Assembly (NCBI GenBank): GCA_013239625.1
Contig: MU054187.1
Location: forward strand, 24,430,433 to 24,494,432
Source: Lama guanicoe
Lineage: Eukaryota
Direction of reading: 5' to 3'
DNA: 64,000 nucleotides
Shown: positions 52,693 to 64,000 of the stretch, piece by piece
Layout: every line of letters starts with the position of its first letter
How positions within the stretch are numbered: position 1 is the first letter of the stretch
The notes under the pieces: generated by a model
Database searches by the model: none
Told to the model about the DNA's origin: nothing
What the model saw: only the letters and a program-made list of their open reading frames with translations
Position numbers and translations under genes: made by a program

Positions 52693-54579
52693 CAAAATGC
52701 AGGTTTCAGGTGAACTCAGACTTATCTAGCCCTCTCAGGTTGCAAAAGGGATACAAGTGCTCTGCTGACACACTCAGGACGTGGTTGAGATTTTACCAGT
52801 TATTATGTTATTCAGTTCATTCCACTAAAATGAGGTCTATGCAATGTCACAACAGTTTGTGTTACCTAATATGAATTTTTGACAAGAAAAAAGGTTAATT
52901 CATGAGAGTTTAGGCTTTCCCTTTGTTCTTCAGCTAGCTAAAAAGATTTCTGGAATGGCGTATTTTATCACTTTGGCTCCCCACTGCTTTTCTCCTGAGA
53001 TTAACTTTTCCGGGCTTTGCGTGCAAAACTGAGTAGAAATAAGGAAGGACAGAAGGAAACTAGGCTTACAGAGTTAGAGTTTGGGGCAATTTCTCAGAGA
53101 ATGTGGGATGCCAGACATGGGAGTTTTTTTACAGAAGGGAAATACAGAGGAAAGAATGCTTTTTTCTTTTTAAGTGTTACTGTCATCTACTTAATCGTCC
53201 CTACCCTGGCCCCTTCACTTCTCTTGAAAATCAAGGCAAGAACTCTGACACTGAAGAACTGGGGAGCTCACATTTTACTGGCATAACAAGAAAGCCCAGA
53301 AGGTTTACAAATTCAGGATTCAGCAAGATTCCCCAGGATACAGCAGATCCTGCAAGACTTCTGAAGAGGCAGGGTTACATTTTTGAAAAGAAATTCATGA
53401 TATGGGGTCAAATAAACTGGAAGCTTGACAGGTGGTTCTCTCACTTACTATGTAACCTTGAACACGCTACTCTCCTCTGGTAATAATACTGACAAGGCAG
53501 GATTGTACAGAAAGAGCTTGGCATCTGGTGTGTAATCAGATATTTGTTACAAACACACATTCATTCTAATTGTGAAGTATCAATTGTCAATAAAAAAAAC
53601 TCTTACACTATTTTCTCACAGAACCTTTTGTCAGTTACTGAAAACAACATGTTCTTCAGGAATATAATTAATCATACACCAACAGCATTTGCAATTTATA
53701 AAGCACTTTTTACAAAGTTTTTAACAGAATCCTTGCCACAGTTTTTAGGTCCCTCAGGACTAATAGCCCCAACATACATATAAACTGAGCCTCAAAGTTC
53801 TAAGCCAGCTGGGCAGCAAGTGATAGAGTTGAAGCTTGCATCCAGATTACCTGGACCTAATCTCAGTGCTATTTCAGCTGTATCTCCATTGTTGCCATAA
53901 GGCTACATCATGCAAAATTTAGTAAAGACAGAGCACAAGTTCCTTGAGAAGATGATCCCCAGTATGGGATTTATACCGAAGATGTTCATATCAATGGAAA
54001 ATTGTGGACTCAATCACTGATGTATTTCCTAGGCTGAGAAGCAGTGACACTCCATCTGTACAGAGGACATATGCAGCTTCACAGGACCAGAGCTTTTGCT
54101 GTAAGGAGGTAAATATCAATCACCTCATTACTGCTTCTTGCCCAGGCCCCTCAGTCTCTTCTCGCCTAGAAAAATTGTTTCATCCAGGAAGCTGTTACTC
54201 ATTCTTAGCCCCACCTCAGGCTGAGTTCGAGGTCCATCTCTGCCTCCCCACATTTTTTGCACACCTAAATCATGGCCCTTACATGTACCGAAATGTTAGT
54301 TCAGTGAGGGACTTTTGTCTCGGTCACTATTGTGTCCCTACCATCTAGAACAGTACCGTCTATGAAAGTTGCCCAATGGATATACATAGAATAAATTAAT
54401 TCACTGCTTTTGAATTGTTCAATGCCTAGGTCACCAGGATAAACATTCTTTGAGAACAGCATTTTTTTCCATGTGTATGGACTCAGGTCTTAGTATAGAT
54501 TCTGGCAAATAAAAATATTTCATATGTGGATTTGTTAAATAATACACATTTAGCATCAGGCAGTAAGTCCTTATGGATA

Positions 54580-54760
54580 TTCACTCATGTATTTCTCATC
54601 TCATTACCTCTAGGAGGTAAGTACTTTATCCCATCCATTTCACAGATGAGGAAACTCAGGCACAGAACACGTTAAGTAGCAACACGAAGTCACACAGCTG
54701 CAGGGCCACAGCTACAATCTAGGCAGACTATAGCCCCAGATGCCATGTTCTCAACCTCTG
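54580..54760 (-). mobile_element. MIR SINE remnant
   Basis: Core 'cccatccatttcacagatgaggaaactcaggcacaga...gtcacacagct'. Confidence 0.7.
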
Positions 54761-57035
54761 CACACTCCTAAACAAATGCGTAATTGAACAAACCAACAAA
54801 ATAAAGATACCGCAATTCAGTAATAGACGACTGCAGCAGTGCCATGAACACAGATAAGGGAGTAATCAATTTGACCTGATGGTAGATGCCTTCATATTAT
54901 GGGTAACATTTGAGTTTCTCATGTAAGGGTGACATCCACCAGGTAATAAATGAAAGTATTTAGTGCTACCTTATGTATCATTTATTACAAACAATGTTAT
55001 TATCCATTTGCAGTCTAAAGTTTTAAATGTTTTTTATTTAGCAACAATACTAACTTCACTCCTCATTTTTTAGTTCCTTGGTCACATCTACTGTGAAGCA
55101 TAGCTCACATTTTCTTTTCTATTTTCTTTGATAAAGACAATCTTTTGGGAAATGCAGATTTTTATCTTCGTGAAGCAGATTGTTTTTGCTGATGTTCGTG
55201 AAACGAACTAGAACTGAGCTGGAAAATATGAAGTAATTTTTCTTCTCTATTTCATAAGATTTGCTTTGGCTTTGAATTCAGAGGAGCCTGGCACTGTAAA
55301 CCGATCACTCCTGGGACCACCAGTCCATCTTCGAGGGTTCACATCTGGTTTTGCCAAACTCATTTGAGATCATGCTCAGACCTCAAAGGAGTCATAAGAA
55401 GGGAATAATAGGAGAGAGGTGATGGAAATGGGCCTAATGTGTCCAAAGAGTGTGATAGGAAAATGGGAGTCACAGGGATGAGGTGGAGATGCGCTAATGC
55501 CACCATGGCAACATCAGGTATCAAGTTCCCCAACTTGTTCCTTCTGGAGATTAGCCTGGCGAGAGCTGATTCTGCCCCTACACCCCTTTGGCACATTCAG
55601 GCAGACAGGGCTTAGCTTTTGCGAGTGCACAGCTGCTGACCTTACAAAGGAGCCAAGAAATAAATGTGAAAAACATCTGTAAGCATGTCATTCAAAAAGA
55701 AAAAAAAAAAACTTGAGGTAGGTTAACTCAAAATGTGGGAAAGTCAAGAGTAAATAGTCAAATAAATTTCATGTGATTTTACCCAGTTTCTGAATTGTGT
55801 GAGGAGGAAATAATAAACTCAGCTCCATACCTCTGAAAAGCTAGTTCCCTTCCACTCCAGAGATCACTGTGTTGAGTATTTCTGACAAAGAAATTTCAAA
55901 ACAAATCTCTATGAAACAAAGCTACTACATTTTGTCTTGATATCCTGAAAGAGACATTTTATCCCTTATTGTACTTCACAGCTCAGTCCACATGTTCTCG
56001 GAGCAAAGATCATGCATTTATGCCCTAAATACCTGCAGAAACAGTAAATAAAACACACAGAGAGATGAGCTCTAGATTACTTGTAATATATACCTAATAC
56101 AGTGAAAATGCTCTGCAAATAGTTGTGTGTGGAAATTCAAATTTTGCTTTTAGAAATTTCTGAAATTATTAGAATTATTTTCAATCCACAGTTGGCTGAC
56201 ACTGTGGATGTAGAATCTGTTAATCCAAAGGGCAAACTGATAATACATATGGTACAGAAACCTAGAGAGAAAAGGGTAAACCAAGCACAAATGATCAAAT
56301 TGCTGAGTTCAGAACTGATTATTTTAGCATGCTAATTATCCTAATGAGGAAAAAAAGTAAATTTCACTGATATTAACCTGGTAATGAATATTGAGCACCT
56401 AAAATTTTCAAGACCATTGTTTTCAAGCAGACATCAACTGACATATCTTGTCAATAACAATAATTTGCAGTGCTTTGTGGACTTCAAAGACACCTTATCT
56501 CATTCTCACTGGCCTATGAGACAGGTATAAATATCCTGCATCACAGTTGAGAAACTGACCTACTTAAAACTACCCTTTTATTCAACAAATATTAATGAAG
56601 CACCTACTGTGTTCTAAGTGCTGGCTGGTACAGATGATGAGCAGGCTCGGTCCTTGCTCTCACAAGGCTTACCTCCAAGATCATTTCACACAAAGTGCAA
56701 TGAAGACAGTAAAACAGGATGATATGAAAAAGTCACTGAAGCATGGTACAACTTCACAGAGGACAAGAGTGGGTGTTGTGGGAGGTCTTTTTGAAGAGGT
56801 AGCAGTTGACCTGAGACCTGCATGATGAAAATGAACCATAAGTGTGACAATCTGGGAAGAGGATCTCAGGAATAGCAAATTCACATGATTTTAGTAAATA
56901 ATAGAGTAGAAAATTAAACTCAGTCTTCTGTTCTTCCATGATGTCATACTCTCTCTTTTTACTTGGTAAATGACAAACTGGGACCAACAGGTATTAAAGC
57001 ACTGATAAAGTCACATTAAGACCATCATAACATAA

Positions 57036-58186
57036 CATAATAAAATAACATAAAGTCACAAGCTTTTGCACAGCAAAGGAAACCATAAGCAAAACAAAAA
57101 GACAACCTATGGAATGGGAGAAAATTTTTGCAAAAGATGAAACTGACAAAGGTTTGATCTCCAGAATGTATAAGCAACTCATACAACTTAAAAAGAAAAA
57201 AACCCCAATGAAAAAATGGGCAGAAGACTTAAACAAGCAATTCTCCAGTGAAGACATGAATGATTAATGGGCACATGAAAAAAATGCTCAGTATTACTAA
57301 TTATTGGAGAAATGCAAATCAAAACTACAATGAGGCATCACCTCACACCAGTCAGAATGGCCAGCATTCAAAAGTCCACAAATGACAAATGCTGGAGAGG
57401 CTGTGGAGAAAAGGGTACCTTCCTACACTGCTGGTGGGAATGCAGTTTGGTGCAGCCACTGTGGAAAACAGTATGGAGATTCCTCAAAAGCCTAGGAATA
57501 AACTTACCATATGACCCCGGAATCCCACTCCTGGACATATATCCTGAAGGAACCCTACTTCAGGATGACACCTGCACCCCAGTGTTCATAGCAGCACTAT
57601 TTACAATAGCCAAGATATGGAAATAGCCTAAATGTCCACAAACAGATGACTGGATAAAGAAGAAGTGGTATATTTATACAATGGAATACTATTCAGCCAT
57701 AAAAACCGACAACATAACGCCATTTGCAGCAACATGGATGTCCCTGGAGAATGTCATTCTAAGTGAAACAAGCCAGAAAGAGAAAGAAAAATATCATATG
57801 AGTTAACTCATACATGGAATCTGAAAAAAAAAAAAACACCAAGAATGAAAAGAAAAGGACAAATGAACATAAATACAAAACAGAAACAGAAACAGATTCA
57901 TAGACATAGAATACAAACATGGTTGCCAGGGGTGGAGGGGATGGGAAGGGACAGACTGGGAGTTTGAAGTTTGTAGATACTGACAGGTATATATATAGAA
58001 TAGATAAACAAGATTCTACTGTATAGCACAGGGAAATATATACAAGATCTTGTGGTAGTTCATGGTGAAAAAGAATGCAACATTGAATATCTATATGTTC
58101 ATGTAACACTGAAAAATTGTGCTCTACACTGGAAATTGACACAACATTGTTAACTGACTATAACTCAATAAAATAAAATTTTAAAA
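57036..58186 (+). mobile_element. 5'-truncated L1
   Basis: ORF2 fragment 57312..57626 ([17 protein letters not shown]...[18 protein letters not shown]); flanks aagaccatcataac / aagaccatcgtagc. Confidence 0.9.
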
Positions 58187-59424
58187 AAGACCATCGTAGC
58201 AAAATACTTATTTGTAAAATTTTTTTCTAAAAATCGCTATTGACAATGTTTGTGTGTTCCAGGCAAGATGTAAAGATCTTTCATTATAATCCACATAAAA
58301 TCATTAAAATATAAAACAATGTCATTTTCCTCAGTAAGGCTCATATTTGATATTTAAATGTAAATTTAGTCCCTCATAACATTTTGTCAGTTTATCTTTA
58401 TTTGGAGTTCAGTAGCTCAAGAATGAATATACAAACCTCAGGTAAAAAGATAGCTTCCTAGCTGTGAACCTCAAACTGCTTTAAATTAAATTCATTTTAA
58501 AAATTAAGTACCACATTATCAGTAAAATAAAATATTGAATGCTTCAAAAAATTATCTTAATATGATATTCAAGAAAGTGTAGGATGCCATAGTCTAAAAA
58601 CTTCACCCAACTGCTAAAATTAGAGTTTGACAAACACATACTGAAGAAAGCCCACAAATAAACATCATTTTCATTACTTTTCTATAATTTCACAAACATT
58701 TTAAACTAAAGAATAGATTGTTTGAGTAAAAGTAATCTGGTACTTCATTCCACAGTCTGAATACTTTGGGATCAGATCAGAATTTGTCCTCAAAGAGATA
58801 AGAAAATTCAACATGTGATTATATGCAAAAATCAAAAGTGCCAAAAACATATAGCAAGAATATCAAAATCAGAAGTTCTAGGAGATCATCACTTATAAGA
58901 AAACAAGACTGTGTCATAGATAGAGGTCAGGTCTAGACAAGGAATATGTAGATTTGGCTACTTTTTTGACTTTGTGAGTAGCCAGACATGAGAACTTGGA
59001 AAATTAATTAGCCTGTTTAAATCTCAGTGTTCTCATCTGTAAAATGGATCTAAAAATATTTGTTCTACCTATTAGGATTATTCTTGTGTGAAGCAAGTGA
59101 AATAATGCACATCAATGGATTTTTAAAATATAGTATTGCCCATTTTTTGTGTATATACACGGTTTGATTGTTTATTTATTGCAGTTTCTCAGTTATTTAT
59201 TTGCAGTCTATGCATCTGGCAGTAGGTCTGTTTCTTGTTGACTTTATTTTTTTTCCTTACAAAATGCCTTCTTTGGACTTTTTTTGAATATAGATATATA
59301 CATTTATTGAAGTATAGTCAGTTTACAATGTTGTGTCAATTTCTGGTGTACAGCATAATGCTTCAGTCATACATGAACTACATATATTTGTTTTCAGTAT
59401 TACCCAATTTAAATTTTAAAAAGT

Positions 59425-62400
59425 GAGGGACGAAGCCAAGATGGCAGAGTAGAGAGACTCACAGCTCACCACCTCCCAGAAATAAACCAAGAATTATATT
59501 TACAAACTGACTGAATTACACAAAACACCTACTGAACTCTGGCAGAGTGTCTCTCATTTCAAAATACAGGAGGATTCTCACAAAATCCCGTAAGGAAAAA
59601 AAAAAAGGAAAAAGAAAAATGTGGTGCAGGACCAGTCCTTCAGGGAGGAAGCAACATAGGAAGAAAGGCACCCTCACACTGGGATGCCCTGTCTCCAGCC
59701 AGGAGGTCAGTGGGGACAGAAGCAGAGCTTCTGAGGATCAGAGGAGAAAGTGACAGCAGGGATGAGCTGGGACTGGCTGCTGGAGATGGGTGAGGAGCCC
59801 AGGCAGAGGGCAGGGCCCACTGCACAGAGGCAGCCTCAGGGGACTGGAGGGCAGTGTGCACTCTGGCTGGGGGTGTGTGTGGAACAGAACAGCCTTGGAC
59901 CCCTATTTAAAAAAAAAGAAAACACTGTTGGTGTGTGTGTGGGCAGGGGAGGGGCACAACACAGCTATGTCATAGCTATTTTGTCCCCTTGGGTCCATTG
60001 TTGATGTATTCTCCCCAGAAAAGAGGTGGGACTAGGTTATAACCAACACTGCTGTGCAGAGGTAGGGCTCAACACTGAATCCATACCCTGCAGTCCTGCA
60101 ACGTCTTTGGTGGGACTGAGATTTGTTTACAGGCCCAGGCAGAGAGGATGGATTTGCTCTCTCTGGACCCTTTGTGGACTCCTACCTCTGGTACAAACAG
60201 GCAGTGAGCAGAGTTCTGACTCATGGCTGGAACAAGTACATGTATTTACAGCAGGCCAGCATAACATACTGTATGTGGAGGTGGGGGCTGGGATCTGTGC
60301 TGACCCTGTGGCACACCACAGACCCAGTTGTGTGATTGCATGCTTGTTACTGTGGGTCCTAACACCTGACATTGATGGATCTGCCCTGGTAGTTCCTGGG
60401 GTTCAGAAACTGGGGGAAACCAGAGCAGGTGGCTGACATTCCTGCAGCTAAGGTGGAGACAAATGCAGCATCAACAAAGAGTACCTTGTAAAGACACATA
60501 ACAAGTGACAGACAACATCACAGAGGGCATTTCCCAGAGGACATCTCTTGTGGACTCTTCTTGCCAGCTGAATTGCTCCAACCCTGCCTACCACACACCA
60601 TAGCTCAGAAATGGGTCTAGAAACCTCTATTCCAGCAACAGGGGAGCAGACACTGCCCTTATGAAGTCTGTGACAACCACAGAACAAAAAAGGAGGCACC
60701 ATTCAACAAGAACAATCAGGGCAGGCTCTGAGCACCACAGCACCAACCAGACCCCCAATCAAAGGGATAACAGCCAGATCACATGGAAGAAAGATGTGGC
60801 AACCATCCATACTAAGAAGAGCCATTGCAACAAAACTGTTAGATGCACACAGTCCACACAGGAATGCTCCCATTTTAAATAAAGACAAATAAAAAAAAAT
60901 AAAACAGCCCTTCAAGACCACAGTAGATAACTGTTACTCCTAAATCCACAGAGCCAGAGAAATATAAGTAAAATGAAGGAGCAGAGGAACCAAGCCCAAT
61001 TAAAAGAATAAGAGAAATTCCCTGAAAGAATGATCAATGAAATAGACCTCAGCAGTCTACTAGATCATGAATCCAAAAAGGGAATGATCAATGTACTGAA
61101 GGAACTAAAAGAGACAATCAATCAAGACAGAGAATACATTAAAAAGGAAATTGAAACTATAAAGAAGAGCCAATTAAAAACAGAAAAGTCAACTGCTGAC
61201 ATAATAGCTGAGCTAAAGGCAGTCAAAAGCAGACTAGATGATGCAGAAGAATGAATAAGTGACTTAGAAGGCAGGATAACAGAAGTCACCCAATCAGAAC
61301 AACAGACAGAAAAGCAAATAAAAACCAATGAAAGCAATATAAGGAACCTATGGGATAATATAAAGCATGCCAACCTATGCATAACAGGAGTCCCAGAAGA
61401 AGATAAAGAGAGATTGAAAAGGTATTTGAAGAAAACATGACTGAAAATTTTCCAAACCTAAAGAAGGAAACAGATATCCAAGTACAAGAGGCACAGAGGG
61501 TCCCAAACAAGAAGAACCCAAACAGACCTACACCAAAACTTACTATAATTAAGATGGCTAAAGTTAAAGACAAAGGGAGGATTCTAAAGGCAGCAAGAGA
61601 AAAACAAATAGTTAATTACAAGAGAACTCCCATAAGGCTTTCAGCTGACTTCTCTACACAAACACTGCTGGCTAGAAGGGAGTGGCAAGATATATTCAAA
61701 GTCCTGAATGAGAAAAAGCTGCAACCTAGAATACTCAATTCAGCAAGGCTCTCCTTTAGAGTAGAAAGAGATAAAGAATTTCACAGACAAGCAAAAAACT
61801 AAAAGAATTCAGCAACACTAAACCTATGCTAAAAGAAATATTGAAAGGTCTACTCTAAATAGAAAAGCAGCAGGAAGCTATAGAAATGAGAAAGCCATAA
61901 TTGGAAATGCAATAAATACAGTGAATTGTAAGAGAAAAACATGAAGATGTAAAATAAACAAATAAACAAACAAACAAACAAACAAACAAATAAATAAATA
62001 AAAAGGATTTCAAAATCACAAAAGGTGAGAGGGGGAGCAAGAAAATAGATGTTTTTCTTTCTCTCCTTTTTTTTCTTATTTTTCTTCATTCTTTTTAGGA
62101 TGTGTTTGGATGTACATGATTATCAGTTTAAAGCAAACAGATATAGTAAGGGGTTAGCATACTTGAAAAACAGGGTAACTATGAATGAAAAGCACACAAT
62201 AGGCTTACAAAAACCAAAAACAAACCAAGCTAATACAAAGGAAAATTATCAAACCACAAAAAGAAAAACAAAAAGGAAAAGAGAGGAACAAAGAAATACC
62301 AAATTAACTGGAAAACAAAGTTCAAAATGTCTATAAACACACATCTATCAATAATTACTATGAATGTCAATGGACTAAATGCTCCAATCAAAAGGCATAG

Positions 62401-64000
62401 AGTGGCTGACTGGATAATAAAACAAAAGCTTCCATATCCTACCTACAAAGAGCCACTTTAGAGTGAAGGACACACATTGATTGAAAATGAAAGGATGGAA
62501 AAACATATTTCCTGCAAATGGAAATGACAAGAAAGCAGGAATAGTAATACTCATATCAGACAAAATGGACTTTAAAGCAAAGGCCATAAACATAGGTAAC
62601 AAATGACACTATATAATGATCAAAGGAGCAATACAAGATGAAGATATTACACTGGTTAACATATATGCACCCAATATATGATCACCTAAATATAAAAAAC
62701 AAAATACTAACAGACATAAAGGGAGAAACTGATGGGAATACAATAATAGTAGGAGAATTTAACACCCCACTAACATCATTGGACAGGTCTCTCAGACATA
62801 AAATCAATAAGGCAATAGAGGTATTAAATGACACAGTAGAACAGTGGGACTTGATTCTTATTTTTAGGACATTACATCCCCCAAAAGCAGAATATACATT
62901 CTTTTCAAGTGCTCATGGAATATTCTCTAGGATATTTCACATACTCAGGCACAAAAGAAGCATCAACAAATTTAAGAGGATAGAAATTACTCCAAGCATC
63001 CTCTCTGACCACAAAGGCATGAAACTAGAAATCAACCACAGAAAAGAAAAGAGAAAAAAAATGGCAGCATGGAGAATAATCAACATTCTACTAAAAAATC
63101 AACGGGACAATGATGAAATCAAAGAAGACATTTAAAAATACCTTGAGACAAACGACAATGAAAACACAACCACACAATATCTGTGGGATGCAGCAAAACC
63201 AGTCCTAAGAGGAAAGTTCATAGCAATACAGGCCTTCCTCAAAGAAGAACAATCTCAAATAATCATCCTAGCCTACCACCTGAAATAATTAGAAGAAGAA
63301 GAACAAACAAAACCCAAAGTTAGCAGAACGAAATAAATACTAAAGATCAGGGAAGAAATAAATAAAAGAGATTTAAAAAAATAGAAAAAAATCAATCAAA
63401 CCAAAATCTGGTTTTTTGAAAGAGTAAACAAAATTGACAAACCTCTGAGTAGGATCACCAAAGAGAAAAGAGAGCACACAACTAAAAAAAATAAGAAATG
63501 AAAATGGAGAGATTACAACCAACACTACAGAAATACAAGAAAGCAAAGAGAATACTATGAACTATATGGCAAAAAAATGGACAACTTAGAAAAAAAATCA
63601 ACAAATTTCTAGAAACATACAGTCCACCAAAACTGAATCAAGAAGAAATAGATCACTTGAACAGACCAATCACTAGAAGTGAAATAGAGCAAGCTTAAAA
63701 AAAAAACAAAAAACACCTCCCTGCAAATAAAAATCCAGCACCAGATGGCTTCACAAAGGAATTCTATCAATCATACAAAGAAGAGCTCACATCAATCCTT
63801 TTCAAACCCTTCCAAAATGCTGAAGAAGAGGGAATACTCCCAAACTCATTCTATGAAGTCACCATCATCCTGATACCAAAGCCAGACAAAGACACTCCCC
63901 AAAAAGATAGCTATAGGCCAATATCAGTGATGAACACAGATGTAAAAATATTCAACAAAATATTAACAAACAGAATTCAATATCACATAAAAGAAGATCA
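59425..64000 (+). mobile_element. 5'-intact L1 (5' UTR, ORF1 from ~60973, ORF2 from ~62327), disrupted; runs off the window
   Basis: 5' end 'gccaagatggcagagtagagagactcacagctcacc'; ORF1 fragments 61030..61254 and 61437..61802 (ENFPNL...PIRLSADFS); ORF2 endonuclease fragment 62638..63135 (IIVGEFNTPL...YTFFSSAHG...SDH); stops and frameshifts throughout. Confidence 0.95.

Overview
AT-rich, repeat-dense mammalian genomic DNA, most likely a camelid: it carries a tRNA-derived Vic-1-type SINE at ~50361 and many lineage-type L1 copies. About half the window is L1, with L2, MIR, MER DNA transposons, solo LTRs and an ERVL-like remnant making up much of the rest. No intact host protein-coding gene could be identified, and the ORF track is essentially L1 fragments and chance ORFs. 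The main discovery is on the minus strand at ~14870->9537 and is invisible in the ORF track. It is a heavily degraded filovirus-like endogenous viral element with an NP-like gene followed by a VP35-like gene, in filovirus genome order. It starts at a filovirus-type gene-start signal (GATGAAGGTTAT), ends in a short poly(A)/gene-end-like tract, is flanked by a degenerate target-site duplication, and is interrupted by two later L1 insertions. The homology was recognised by hand translation against remembered Ebola/Marburg proteins and needs confirmation by tBLASTn or profile HMM. Repeat subfamily names are also from recognition, not from a database run.
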